Positions 25,990-39,653 of a stretch of DNA of 64,000 nucleotides are shown here, in pieces. The stretch is from Octopus sinensis (taxonomy: Eukaryota). Below the pieces are notes generated by a model. That model was given only the letters and a program-made list of their open reading frames with translations, did not search any database and was not told where the DNA came from. The position numbers were made by a program, and so were the translations under genes. Location of the stretch: the NCBI RefSeq assembly GCF_006345805.1, contig NC_043012.1, positions 13,764,001-13,828,000 on the forward strand, given 5' to 3'. The number at the start of each line of letters is the position of its first letter. Within the stretch, counting starts at the first letter, position 1.

Positions 25990-27410
25990 CATTAATGTAT
26001 AGATATTTTAGGTGTTATTGTGAGAGTGCTTCATTTTCCCGTTTTGATTCGTTTTTAAGTGTTAAAATGTTTGGTTCGGCTCTGTTTGTGTCTGCTTCGT
26101 GTCAATTTCACTTGTTTGTGTTTTTGTGTTCATTTTGTAACCAGTAATTAGATTTATAATGATGAAACTCTCGGATGTACTTACTGTTTGATTTAGTCTG
26201 TTTTGATAAGTTAGGCAATTTACCAATTTATATAGTGATGTATTGTTCTTAATTGCACGTCGCTTTCTATTTTTGAGTATCAATTTAAACGCGGCAAAAT
26301 CAATATATAAGATGTATAAGTTAATGAAAATTATTATTATTGTTGCTGCTGTTGTTGTGGTTGTTGTTGTTGTTTTTATTGTTCAACATTTGGAAGTTTC
26401 AGACAAATTTTTGCATCACCTGCTACACCACCGTTTTTGCTGGGTGGTGTGCAGCATTGTGTGTTCTTTTTTTTGTTGGGAGTATGCAAACTCTTCCCGA
26501 AATTGTATTAAGTCGGATGCTTTCTTTCTTTATATTTAAGAGGTGTGATGCAGTTTTTTGTTATATTGGTGTTTGTATTGTGTGTTATGTGCGTAATACA
26601 TTGGATAAGTGATCTGCTGATGGTAGTTTATTTCATTGGATGTGTACTGCATAGAGAGCATTGTGGTTGTGGTTTGCTTTGTTTAGGGTTTATTAGGTCT
26701 TGAGCTGGATGTCGGTTGTTCCCATCAGTACTACTTTGGGGATAGTGTGTAGCGTTGAGCATCCGGGTCCTACGTTTTTGCTCATATGTATTTTATCACG
26801 CCCGATGCTTTAATCATTTCTGGTATTGTTATGATCCACATTTTGACTACTTCAATTTCGAGGTCTCTGTGCGGTGACAAATTCTCCATTTCTTTTTGGA
26901 CAATACTCTGGTCAGACGGGACTGAAATGTGTATCCCAGATGACTGTGACCTGGTCGTAAAATTCTACGTTGTTTGGCACATATTTATACGATTTATTGT
27001 TAGTTTTTATGTTGCAGTTTTAGCATACTATCCAGTGGATATGATTACTTACTCGGTCGTGTCTGTACCTACATTCAGATTTGGCAAGCACTGAATATCC
27101 AGAGATAATATGGTTAACTGTCCGACCATCCTGGTTGCACATTCTGCATTTAGTATTAGGACTTGTTTTTATTATGTTGCTTTTATAGTTGTTCGTAGTG
27201 TGACATTGATTTTGTGCAGTCATTCCGTGTCAGCTTTTAGTTCAGTGCTTTTGAGCCGGTGTTTGCTTTTACTTCTCTTTGATATTGTTTAGATAATGTT
27301 TAGAGATTAAAGTGTTTTGGGAAATGCATAGACAATATTTTCTTATTATTTTTCTTCTTCTTCTCCTACATATTTTTCTTTTTGTTCTGCTTCCACCTCC
27401 TCCTCATCTT
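25990..27410 (-). mobile_element. Fragmented third Dong-like subfamily
   Basis: KCRMCNQDGRTVNHIISG...RHDRVSNHIHW (27020-27223) and an RLE-region remnant to about 26750, plus N-terminal-like pieces; (AAT)n at 27414-27511. Confidence 0.6.
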
Positions 27411-27413
27411 CTA

Positions 27414-27513
<100 letters not shown>

Positions 27514-27529
27514 TTTCAGCTTATTTTGC

Positions 27530-28125
27530 TGCACATGATGGAATGCAGCACAACCATAAATGTGCGGCATGGTGATCTCATATCGAGATAGAGAGCGTAT
27601 GCCCTTTCAGGCGGGGCCCAATTTGAATCTCTTTAAGTCGAGTAGCCGAAATTCTCATCGTGTGTTGCTGGGTACGATGGGATACATCACAACTACAAGT
27701 GTGCGACATGATGATCTCACATCGTATGATCCTCCTGGTGGGAACCGATTTGAATTTTATTTCGGTCGAGTAGTCCATCTCGCCCAAAAGATCCCTGAAA
27801 AGGGTTTATTTAAAGATGATGAATGGAACACCCATGATTCCAGAGGTGAATTATTCAAACTCCAAAGAATTCCTCTCAGCACATGGCTATAATTCTTCCC
27901 TATTACTCCTGGTCAGGATCAGAGATGTACGCATCATCAGTCACTAAGGAACATGCTGGCCTTTTTGAGATCAAACAACTGACAAGCTAATCTGTGGTGC
28001 AGAGCGGAATATTTGTTGTAGCCCATCTCTTATACCAAGAGAAAACATGTATATGATAACACTTCCAATTAGTTAAGATCACGTGCCATGAGAGCCAGTG
28101 GCTGGTATTCCATCAGGAAGAATTA
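27530..28125 (-). repeat. Diverged copy of the 3681-4236 repeat with a ~110-bp internal insertion
   Basis: Reverse complement matches 3681-4150. gtcgagtag is duplicated around the insert at about 27637-27775. Confidence 0.7.
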
Positions 28126-28914
28126 TATTTATTATTACTAATGCACTGGTATCAACGTGATCTAAAATTACTAAAATTACTTGTCTTGAGCCGACATTTG
28201 AAAAATACACGTTACAAACTTTTCGCTTTTCCATTTGAGTTATTCAAAGTTATTCAAATAGTTATCAATAGTTCATTGTTTCCTAACATATTTATTTTTT
28301 TTTAATCCTTGTTCGTAAACACCTGACATTTATTCTCTATTATCCAATGCAGAAACAAAAGTTACGCCACATTTTTTATGACTGAAAGCTCTGAATAATT
28401 TCGTTTCGTGACGATGATGTACGAAGAACACATATATAAGGAAAAAGGTTGTATTGAAAGAATCATGTTTGTGATTCTTAATATTCTTCGGAATATTGAA
28501 AAGTCTTGACGGTTAAAGATATTTTTTATGATTTAATATAATCGCTCATTCTTTGGAAATTTATAAATATATGGCGTTGTAAATGACTGTCATTATTCAT
28601 AACCTGAATTTTTTCTTAAAACTTGTAACAACCTGCAGCAGAAATATTTACTTCGTTAAGACAAGTGGAAATGTTAATATAGACTAATACACATTTTTGA
28701 TCAATATCACTTGGAATCCGTATTACAGGCTTTAATCGGCACATACATATAGTCACAGGTCTTAAAATCACAACCTGAGTGAGTGTGTATGTTGCAAGTA
28801 ATTTTATTAAACCTATTAAACCTACTTCTTTAGAAGTACTGGTTCCGTTACTTAACTCATCTTTCTGGGAAATGTTACCGACAGTTACTTTGATAGACAG
28901 CTTTAAAATACCCC

Positions 28915-29360
28915 TGGACAGATATTTGTTCTCATCTTGTTTGTTATTAACACAACGTTTCGGCTGATATACCCCCCAGCCTTCACCAGGTGTCTTGGGG
29001 AATTTTTGAACCTGGGTTCTCATTCCTATGGTATTTTTCGATATGACCTTGTGGTTAAGATCGTGGGCTATAAAACCCAATATTCCGAGTTCGATTCTAG
29101 GCAGTGACCTGTATAATAATAATTAAAAAAGGGGAAGAAGAAGAACAACAACAACAACAACAAAAAAAAAACAAACAAAAAGAATTATTACCATTACTTT
29201 TATTATAGCAGCGAAAAATACCTTAGGAATGTGGAATTTCTCCAAGACACCTGATGAAGGTATATCAGCCAAAACGTGTTAACAACAAACAAGATGAGGA
29301 CAAATATCCGTCATGTGTAAATAACGTACATAATTCCTCATACCTTAAATATAGAACTGT
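28915..29360. mobile_element. Head-to-head pair of PLE pLTR copies (minus 28915-29040; plus 29040-29360 with tRNA-like head), each with a damaged hammerhead
   Basis: Minus copy: gacac CTGGTGA a ggctg...cagcc GAAAC GT T gtgtt (28949-28994; A6G in the core). Plus copy at about 29245-29280 has lost part of helix II. Same family as 8347-8530. Confidence 0.8.
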
Positions 29361-29401
29361 AATCCATCTTCCGTCTTTCATTTGCCATATATATATATAT
29401 A

Positions 29402-29458
<57 letters not shown>

Positions 29459-29965
29459 AGTGTGTGTGTGTGTGTGTGTATGTGTGTGTGTTTAATTAAT
29501 CCAAACAAGGAAGAACAAACAAGAAACAACAAGAACGCGAGGACGTGGTACAAGTACTCTATTATCAGACGCTCACTATTTTTTACGGTTTTATTCTTGT
29601 ACGTTTGTCATGAAACAGCAACAAAAAATTGAATATAAAAACATATAATGTAATTGAGATGCCAACTATTTTAGCATTGGTTTCAACAACTAATATTCTA
29701 GACATTCATCGCATTTTTAACGATTCTAATAGAGATGAAAGCGTTACTCTTTTACTCTTTTACGTTTTTCAGTCATGTGACTGTGGCCATGTTGGAGCAC
29801 CGCCTTTAGTCGAGCAAATCGACCCCAGGACATATTCTTTGTAAGCCTGGTACTTAGTCTATCGGTCTCTTTTGCCGAACCGTTAAGTTACGGAGACGTA
29901 AACTCACCAGCATCGGTTGTCAAGCGATGTTGGGAGGGGGAGGGCAAACGCAGACACACAAACAC

Positions 29966-30015
<50 letters not shown>

Positions 30016-31200
30016 TCACGACGGGCTTCTTTCAGTTTCCGTCTACCAAAACCATCCACAAGGCTTTGGTCGGCCCGAGGCTATAGTAGAAGACACTTGC
30101 CCAAGGTGCTATGCAATGGGACTGAACCCGGAACCATGTGGTTCGTAAGCAAGCTACGTACCACACAGCCACTCCTACACCTATAGGTAATATTTGATGA
30201 ATTATGGTGTCAAAATTTAGCACAAGGTTAGTAATTTGAGGGCACTGAGCTAAATTGTTTACATAGACTACAGTGCTCAACTGATATATTAATTTCATCG
30301 ACCCCTAATGGGTGAATGTGGACCATGGGGTAATTTGAACTCAGAACGTGAAAACAGGAAAACAGCCGATGAGCATTTGGCCTGGCGTGCTAATGATTCT
30401 GTCCAATCGCCGCCTTGCATCAGCATCAGCAATATAATCGAGATTTTATAAAACAAAACTAAAAGACATATTTGATTTTGAATACTTTATTCACTCAATA
30501 TAATATTATTGGAAAAAAATGAAGAAATATTTCATAGTAACATGGAATATGTATATTAATATATTTATATATATGTGAGCACACACTAAACATTTTCTTG
30601 TGTTAGTTTTAAACGTACATTACAGATTTTCATTGTGCTATGAACTATGATACATTTCAGAAAAGTTCGCATAACGATCGTCAATATATCAGATTGAATA
30701 TATTACAAAAACGTCCACACTAAATATGAGAGAATGGGATATTCCTCATGGTGTTATTGTGGTGGAGATTTGTAGCTTTTTGATATTTAAGATGTGTATC
30801 TTTCATTAATAAATCTCAATGAATGAACTAGATCTCGATTGCAGCAGAACACTAAGTCTTCGGAATTTAACATTGCTTTTATTATAATATGCAAAAAGAG
30901 GCATCGAAACTTTGATTTCTTAAGGTGCATTTTTTATCGTTTGTTTTTGGCTCAGAATGGAAGTCAGTAAGTTGATGGGTTCAACAGTGTGTTTGTGCAT
31001 CAACTTAAGTATTGTATTCATCTGAATCTAAATTTTATATATATATATATAATATAAATCAGAGATAAATCCATTATTATGAAACTCAAACAGTGACAGA
31101 CATAAACAAAAACATAAAAAACAAATAATATATATTTTTATAAAATATATAACTAGATCTCAAAATGTTTAAAAATGAATGATCAATATATAATAAGTAA

Positions 31201-31308
31201 AAAAATCTACGTACGTTTCATGGCTACAATTAAATTCGAATTACAATTAAGTTTAAATTCAATTGAAATAAATTCGATTTAAAATTATATAGTCAATCTT
31301 CAGGTTAA
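31201..31308 (-). ncRNA. Hammerhead-like motif with a ~75-nt AT-rich helix II in a PLE-type terminal repeat
   Basis: Minus strand CTGAAGA (31303-31297) t tgactat...gtagcca t GAAAC gtac GTA, with palindromic ACGTACGT helix III. Helix I is weak. The flank 31060-31100 matches 41140-41175. Confidence 0.5.
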
Positions 31309-33134
31309 TGTTAATAGCTAAATATATAACCAAATAGAGTTAAACAATATTTATTTAAAAAATAAATGAAATAATAATTTATTTTTTATAGAAAAAACTC
31401 CATTAACTAAATTTGAAACTTAAAACATTAGGATTATTTCCTGCAACACATTTATTATGTTAAAATTTTATTTTTTAAGTTAAGAATATATATAGAAATA
31501 TGTATTTATCTTTGAAAATATAATTTGATTTGAAACACATAATCAACCATCGAATATCTTTAACTCAGTTATACTCCAATATTTAACTACGAAATTATTT
31601 AACAAAATAATCACTATTAATATTTTTAGATTTAAGTAAACATCTAATAATTATAAAATAATAAATACATAAAAATAAGTATCTAAATTATAATCAACAA
31701 ATATAATAATTAAAAATCTGAACTTTTTCTATCAATAAATATATAAACATATAACCAAAAATAAATAAATTAGTCCATTATTGATTACATAAATATTGTA
31801 AATATCTATAGAATATATTTATGAATTACAATTTAAAAATTAAAAAATCACATTAAAAACGTATAACCTATCTTTAAAAAAAACTTATAACTATTATCAT
31901 CACTATTATCATCATTATCAAAACATCTATATACCACAGTGACTAACTAATGTCTCAAACGTTACGTTCAGGTATAACAATTATATACTAATAATAATTA
32001 AATAAATGTACATATCTAAATTATCATTAACAAGTAAAATTATTATAAGTTCAAATTTAACAATCAATAGTTATATAGAATACAATAAAATTTCTTAAAT
32101 AAAATATTATTATATGTAATATATATATGGAGAAAGTATATATACATAAACAAACGTCAATATATATCTGTGTGCGAGTTGCTGTTTTGTTTGTGTGTGT
32201 GTGTGAGCGCGTGTGTACGTAATAATTAGGTATGCATGTATGAATAAACAATTGTGTATACATTCTTTTTGAAATGTATATATTTACAAGCAGTTATATG
32301 TACGAGTGCATGAGTATAGCGATATACACAACGTTTTGAACTGTGTATATATGATTATATTATTATATGTACATGTATTTGAACTCGTATTTATAATTTT
32401 TGACACAAAAATATATTTGCTCTTCACTCCTACATATTCGACAGAATTTCGAAGAATTTCGTTGTAATATGTTCGCTCACAAGACTCACTGCTCATCATA
32501 TAAACATTTGAAGGCACCAATCAGAAGTGCAATAGAAAGGATTTGAAACTGAGAATACAAATCTGTGAAGGGAAATCGTTAATAATATGGTCATACTTGT
32601 TCCTGTAATTTTCAATTTCAAATATTCAATGTTTCTTCGGCAAGAAATTGTGCATTTTAAAACATCTTGATGAGCTTTCCTTTCTCTTAAGTTTACACCG
32701 CAGTAAGCAAATAAGTACTAAATATTGCGAATTACTCATGTCTATTTATGTTGCAGTAGCTGACAGGAAATGTTGTTCAAGTTTCAATTATCGTTTGTCA
32801 GATGGTGACACAATAATACACCGTCGCACATACACACATATATTCGACGGAGTTCTGCAGTGTCAATTATATACTTGCACTTTTATTATCTGTATTACTT
32901 AAGTGGGGAAAATACAGGACAGGGCATCTTACAAAGTTTTCCTCATTGAAAATAAATAATATTTAACAGTGCTTAGTGCTTCAAGCAATACTGAGAAATT
33001 TCTACATATATTTGCTCCCCAGCAAAACAAAATATAATATTCACTGCGGATCTAATATATGCTGGAGTTCGAAAAAGAACAGTACTACTATTTTTTTATA
33101 AAGATATGAAGAAAGAGTAACAAATATTATTTTC

Positions 33135-34325
33135 TTACTCCATTGGAGAAAACAACAAAGACGTGAATGATATTGAAATTATTACCAAGACTGCAATAAT
33201 AAGTTTTAAAAATATCGCATCCAGTTGTGTATAGTCAATAATGAAATTTCTCTTTTTCTTACACGGGAGACCACCTTTCATTAAAATTTCGGAATGGTCC
33301 GTAGAAATAATTGAAATATCCGCAACTTTGTTTCTCTGTAATTTCTCTCTACTTTCCTCTGTTAATTTCAACTTATTTTCTTGTGATGATTGATTAACAT
33401 ACAGCTTGCTTATAACCACCGATCCAAGTGTGGCGATGCCACTTACCATTGACAACACCATTAAATATAAAATAAGCAGTGAAGGATATTTTGAATTAGC
33501 TGGTGTATTCTTATCCATTTGAACAAGATACAAGATATTTGATAAAAATATTGTTGTTGCTAGAGAAACTTTCTCACCTGATTCAGGAGGCAGAATAAAT
33601 ACAAAAACTGTTAAAATAGTCATCATTACTGTCGGAATTAGCATAGCTATGATACCGACTGTGAGTTTACGTCGTAAATATACTGTGCCCACTACGTAAG
33701 AACTGTAGGTTTCCTGATCGCTAATACTCATATACCATTTATAATTTTCTTCGTTGGAGTACACATATAACGCAAATGATGTTAAATTTACATCATTACT
33801 ATCATACGTTGCACTACACAGGCGAATTTCACATTTGTGTTCATCGAATGGATAGCTGTAAGCATTCACTTGACAATAAGTTTGTAGTAATGTAAATGAT
33901 ACCATTGTCAAGAACCCAGTGTAAGAAATGCGAATATCGTCCAAGCTATCTTTATCTTCTGACTGTGTCAATGAATTGCACATTACTAAATTTGGATTCC
34001 ATAATTTCTTTTTTGGTACAAATATATATGTAATGTTGTTATAGTCCAAAGGGTTCCAGTTAAGATTTTCATCAGTCCAAAATGAAGAAATGATGTAGCG
34101 AGCCGTTAGTAAATTATTTACAAAGTCCAAATCATAGAGGGTGTAAAGTGTCGTAAAAATATTTATGTTAACTGTTGTCGACAAATTCATAACGGGTTTT
34201 ATATCATTGCGATAATTTGACAACAGACTATCTTTCAATAATCTTTCGTCATTGTGCGTAGCATCGGAATTTACGATCGATATAATTGAGCAAAGAGCAT
34301 AAATAAAACACTCTGTGAGCAACAT
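33135..34325 (-). CDS. Intact chemotactile receptor (CR)-family Cys-loop ion channel subunit, 396 aa, single coding exon
   Basis: Signal peptide; LYDLDFVNN; Cys-loop CQVNAYSYPFDEHKC; pre-M1 LRRK; M1-M3 with cation-type GEK at the M2 entrance; M4. No loop B Trp and no loop C vicinal Cys pair, which defines the ACh-insensitive octopus CR family (established knowledge; resembles CRT1 from memory but is not identical). Confidence 0.96.
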   Translation of the reverse strand: MLLTECFIYALCSIISIVNSDATHNDERLLKDSLLSNYRNDIKPVMNLSTTVNINIFTTLYTLYDLDFVNNLLTARYIISSFWTDENLNWNPLDYNNITYIFVPKKKLWNPNLVMCNSLTQSEDKDSLDDIRISYTGFLTMVSFTLLQTYCQVNAYSYPFDEHKCEIRLCSATYDSNDVNLTSFALYVYSNEENYKWYMSISDQETYSSYVVGTVYLRRKLTVGIIAMLIPTVMMTILTVFVFILPPESGEKVSLATTIFLSNILYLVQMDKNTPANSKYPSLLILYLMVLSMVSGIATLGSVVISKLYVNQSSQENKLKLTEESREKLQRNKVADISIISTDHSEILMKGGLPCKKKRNFIIDYTQLDAIFLKLIIAVLVIISISFTSLLFSPME

Positions 34326-34365
34326 TTTCTCCTACATTGAACATTTAAATCATCCTAATGTTTTT

Positions 34366-34372
34366 CTGTAAA
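34366..34372 (-). promoter_or_regulatory. Putative 3' splice acceptor of a 5'-UTR intron of the intact CR gene
   Basis: TTTACAG|AA lies 40 nt upstream of the ATG. The same TTACAG|AA occurs upstream of the other two CR starts (AG at 621-620 and 51905-51904). Confidence 0.45.
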
Positions 34373-35221
34373 TGTTTTCATGTGAATATGAAATTGAGGA
34401 AATCTCAAAAATTTAGCTCGGATATGATTCTTGCTGAATGAATAATGTTATTGACACAGCATGACACTGTAAAGATAGACAACGAAAGTCCATTTTCCTG
34501 TGAAACGATGTTTCGCACAATTCGCAATGTATAAGATTTACTATTTATAGAAAAGTACTGTACGTTAGCAAACATAGGGAAAATATAATTTTGCCATTAG
34601 AAATGTTATTCTGATTGATTAGTTCCATAAAAATTCCATAAAAGTTCTATTTAGACATACATTTCTTTGCTTTGACTAGTCATTTTAGCCTATTCATTTA
34701 TCTTCGCTTAGTTCATTGGATTAAGATCGTGATGCGCTTATGGATATTATTTCACTTCTCAAATATTTTTAATTACCTTGGTAACTTTATATCACACGTT
34801 GTAATTCTTTTTTTTCGATTGCTCCAGCGAAAGCCACACTTTCGAATGTTTTGCTTTGATGTAATTCAAGGAAATTGCAGATTGCCGAATAATTTGCAAC
34901 TGATTAACTGACAGGATGAATCAGGAACCTGAAAAAGTTCAGTGATATGTTATATATTCGAAAACAAAATTTGAGTGAAACAAGTTCAAATGCTAGTTTA
35001 ATGAGAGGCTGCAAACACATTATTATGACAGAACACATACCGGGGCTGAAAGTCGTAGCGCAAAATTAAATATTAAAGACGAGGGGCTACTTTATAAAAC
35101 ATAAAATTTTCAAATTTAATAAGAAAGTATGAACTTCATCTCATTTATTGACGCTGATATAAATGTTTTTTTCATGATATGCTTTTTAGTTGATGTCAAA
35201 AATATTTTGTGCAAAAATATT

Positions 35222-35696
35222 CCTTTCTGCTCTAGGCACAAGGCCCAAAAGTCTTGGGGAGGTTGCCAATTGATAAGATCAACCCCAGTACACATTTAAT
35301 TACCCCGAAAGGATGAAAAGCAATGTCGAGCTCGGCGGTGTTTGAACTCGGAATGTAAAAACAGACGAAATACCTATTTCTTTACTAACCACAAGGGGCC
35401 AAACACAGAGAGGACAAACAATGACAGACAACGGATTAAGTCGACTATATCAACCCCAGTGCATAGCTGGTACTTATTTAATCGACCCCGAAAGGATGAA
35501 AGACAAAGTCAACCTCGGCGGAATTTGAACTCAGAACGTAGCGGCAGACGAAATACGGCTACGCATTTCGCCCGGCGTGCTAACGTTCCTTATTTCTTTA
35601 TTGCTCACAAGGGGCTAAACATTGAGGGGGACAGACGAAGGGATTAAGTTGATTACCTCGACACCAGTGCGTAACTGGTACTTAATTTACCGACCT
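35222..35696 (-). mobile_element. Three stacked fragments of a tRNA-derived SINE with a Deu/Nin-like core (also at about 30290-30418, 37325-37480, 51244-51449)
   Basis: Repeated ggtacttatttaatcgaccccgaaaggatgaaag...cctcggcggaatttgaactcagaacg...catttcgcccggcgtgctaacg. Confidence 0.8.
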
Positions 35697-35710
35697 CTTT
35701 CTCTCTCTCC

Positions 35711-35776
<66 letters not shown>

Positions 35777-35939
35777 CATTTTTCGATTTAGTTTGCAAGA
35801 TTCTTTATGTGAGTTTGTGTGTTGAAGCATATTCTTTTGTGTCTGGGGAGAGTCATTAATTTTATTGCCTTATAATTTAACACACCTACCCGTAAATCTC
35901 CCACTCATTTACTTATTTATACCTATGCAACAGACCACT

Positions 35940-36725
35940 AAGTAATTTCTAGTTCTGCAGTTAATGTCAACGCTAACCCTAAATAACTTGCAGTTATTGG
36001 TGCACATGCTTTTCTCAAAGCGGTACGTTCTACATAGTTATGATTTGATAGTCGCGGCTTTTCCACAATCATTTTGTTGAGTTTAGTCTCTTCCAGAGCT
36101 TCTCTAAATCTCCAGGCTAGTTCTTCGTTGGCTGTTGCCTCTACAAGCATCACTCCTTGATATTTGTCTGTTTTATACCCCGTTGCTTTGTCACAAGTTT
36201 ATGTATTCTATTCCAGTCTTTGCTTCTATATCTAGGGCAGGTAACACTGGTTTTATTACATATAATGCTATCTAACATCCCTAACATCTATCTAACATCT
36301 AGCATCCCTGCATATTCGAATCCAATCTTTCTGATCATAGACTTTGTTAGGATAATGAACAACTTGTCCCCACTATGCAAACCCTATGAAACGAAGAAAC
36401 AAGTACAGTACATATCTCTGGATATGAGAATATAGTCTACAGCATAAGATGCATAGAAGGTGCTTGTAAAGACATGAACATGACATGCAAAGGGGAGACA
36501 TCTAGGAGTATTGCTGAATGACTAAATGGACATTGGGGGCAATATGACGACCAAATACAGTCCTCCATATTTTACCAACATGCCAAGGACCAACATGGAG
36601 GCAAACTGAATTAACTTGACATTCGCATTTTATCCAAGCACCCAGAGTACTCAACCCTCAGACAAATACAGGAGTACATCTTCATAATTGAAACATACGC
36701 AGTACTAAACAGGAAATATACGTAG
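35940..36725 (+). mobile_element. Degraded PLE with inverted 5' segment and forward GIY-YIG endonuclease
   Basis: Plus 36400-36720 reads GYENIVYSIRCIEGACKD...KGETSRSIAE*LNGH...FYQHAKDQHGG...LRQIQE. Minus 36040-36250 reads RYRSKDWNR...YQGVMLVEATANEELA...MIVEKP, which I read as the preceding region of such ORFs. Confidence 0.55.
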
Positions 36726-37224
36726 TAGGTAATCATACCCCCATAGTCACAGTATATATTTATATACAGGTAGAATAGAAAGTGGGCTGTTATGTAGATG
36801 TATGTATGCATGTATGTGTGTATGTAGATATGTGTATGTATGTGTACATGCACATGTATGTTGGCAAATGGATATGAAATTAAACAGACAGACATACAGA
36901 CGGATAGGTACATTGGTGATATGAACAGACAAGCACCCGTACACACACACATACACGCACTTACATGCATGCTTACATACGTATTATACATGTACACATA
37001 GATACATATATACAGGTGTATGCGCACACACTGACCCACACACATGCGCACAAACAAACAAAAACAACGCTGGTCGGATAACAGATAGGTTCAATAACTA
37101 TTGAAAAGGTTTCAAGACGCAACGAAAATTTTAGAAAAATAAATAAATGAGTGGAAAGTTTACCGGTGGGTGTGTTAAATTATAAGGCATGAAAAGAGAA
37201 TGATTCTCCCCAGACACAGCAACA

Positions 37225-37260
<36 letters not shown>

Positions 37261-37284
37261 TATATGGGTGTACAGGCGATGGTG

Positions 37285-37328
<44 letters not shown>

Positions 37329-37639
37329 CTTTACTACCCACAAGGGGCTAAACACAGAGAGAACAAACAAGGGCAGTAAACGGATAAAGTCGATTATATC
37401 GACCCCTGTGCGTAACTGGTACTTATTTAATCGACCGTAACGGCACGAAATACGGCTACGCATTTCGCCCGGCGTGCTAAATACACACACGCGTATATAT
37501 CTATTTATATATAAACACATGTATGTATAATTGTATGTGTGAAAATATGCAAATTTGACGGATTTTATATCTGCCTTTTTTAGGGAACAGTTTGATTCGT
37601 AAACGTTATAACCGAGAAGTTAAGTGAGATATGAAGGAC

Positions 37640-38330
37640 AGGAAGCCATCTGAATATAGGAAAATAGTTACCTGCTATATCATGATTTACGCCGAGAATC
37701 ACAAATCCGATGTCCTATATGCTGCTTACTACACTGGGAACAAGTTGAACCCACCATCATTCTTGTGTGTCTCTACTATGACGATGGAATCATACTGCCT
37801 CACATCTTTGAATATCCGGTCTTAAGCTCACTTGAGATAACTATGTGAAGTTGCTGGAGACTCTCGTTTAACCTTAGCGAGAGAGAATTGCGACTGCAAA
37901 CGGGAACGTCTATCTGCAGGATTGATTATCGGAAAATTTCTACGATTTCACCAGCCACAATTTCTCGCCTCCTGGTTCCCCCGATTTTAAACACACAGAT
38001 TACTATGTGTAGGTAGCTTTTGAGAGAGGCACCAACTGCCTTGTCTGCCATAGAAAGGTGGGGTGTAACCATGATCAAGCAGGTAGTATTCGCAGTGAAA
38101 CAGTCATGAATTACAACGAGAACAATTTTACGCTGCCTGTGGGAGAGCGAATGAGAACAAGGCCAGTAGCGAATGAACTTAATTATATCGGAAGACCAGT
38201 GACCTTCAACACAAACATATGGAACAGGAACGGAAGGTAACAAAATTGGTTCAGATGTTTCAGGCATGATGACAACATCCTCGAAGACAGACGAGGGCCA
38301 AATCAATGACAACAAAAAATATGTCCCGCG
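37640..38330 (+). mobile_element. Degraded Tc1/mariner transposase remnants
   Basis: IILPHIF...YVKLLETLV, ENFYDFTSHNFSPPGSPDFKHTDYYV (WPP.SPD.NP.DY-like), and an HTH-like QNWFRCFRHDDNILED piece. Confidence 0.6.
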
Positions 38331-38615
38331 AATCGATTGAAAGATAGAATCTAGGGCAATGAGGGGAGAAAAAGAAATGAGAGAAGAGAAGAAAGTGAGA
38401 AAAAGAGGAACAGAAGAGCGTTTATGAGGGTCAAGAAAATGCTATTCCCCACATATGCATCTTAGCCAGATTCGTCATTTATCAGACTGAAAGTGTAAGG
38501 GAGTGTATGGAATGGACTGGAGATGCGCATTATAGACATCGATGTGTATGCCTCTGTATGTGCAGAGAGAGTGGGTACAGAGTGAAGCAGTGCTGACAGA
38601 TATACACACACACAC

Positions 38616-38681
<66 letters not shown>

Positions 38682-38736
38682 GTATATGTATATATGTATG
38701 TGTGTATATATATATGTATGTGTGTATATATATATA

Positions 38737-38771
<35 letters not shown>

Positions 38772-38781
38772 GTATATGTAT

Positions 38782-38828
<47 letters not shown>

Positions 38829-38852
38829 ATATAGGGAAACATCTATAGATAC

Positions 38853-39653
38853 ATATGGTGGCGCATAGAGGATGGATGTTTGTAAAACAGAATCAAGTGT
38901 GGAAAACAGCATCCTTCATGTGGTTTCCGGTTTCATTGATGCATTCCTGAAGGTGGTCTTGGAATTTGGCCAAGTCGATTTGGGCGACTTTTAGGCGAAT
39001 ATCTTCATTTAAATCACCTAATGTACGCGACCTATGCCCATACACACGTACTTTGAGCCTTTTTCACAATAAATAATTACATATGGACAAATCAGTAGAC
39101 CGAGGAGCCAAGGAATGTCATCAAAGCTGGAGATGAGACGTCACCGAAGAGAGGCGAAGAACGTTCATTGATGCTATGGCTGTATGGGCCATCTCCCCAT
39201 CCTGCTGAAACCACACACGTCGAATAGGCATATGTTTTCGGCGTAATTCATGCACAAAAACCTGTCCATATCACGCGTTCCACATTTTCTGTGGTCCGTA
39301 CCGTCTGTGGAGCTGCCCCTCTCCCGGTTTCCTGTTCATCAGTGTTCCTCATGTACGAAAAGCATTCAGCCAACGTTAGATTGTGTTATGGGTGCGAAGA
39401 GGCTGATTTCGGTGAATGCAGAAGTAGCGCCGAAACTCACTCTGAACTGCTGTGAAATACTTGCTATTCTTCATGTAACTGTTGTAGGCAAATACTCGAT
39501 GCTCTATCGTCCACACCGCCATGGCTTCACCTGGAAAGAAAAGAAAATGCCAAGACACCATGGACAGAATGGTACCTCTCGGACACATGTGCCTCCCGCT
39601 GGGGCTGAGTAAAAAGCCGTGTCAAAAAGGTCCGTCCTCTCTGCCTACCCTAT
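38853..39653 (-). mobile_element. Internally deleted Tc1/mariner-superfamily element with TIR remnants; same family at 63738-64000
   Basis: N-terminal WTIEHRVFAYNSYMKN...TAVQSEFRRYF...NTI and C-terminal APRSTDLSICNY...VRVY...TLGDLNEDIR...ECINETGNH. TIR-like ggcagag(a)ggacgga at both ends. Confidence 0.65.

Noticed and set aside
31310-32050. Extremely AT-rich block considered as a NUMT or PLE N-terminus
   Set aside because: No recognisable mitochondrial gene or rRNA motif and no sustained reading frame.
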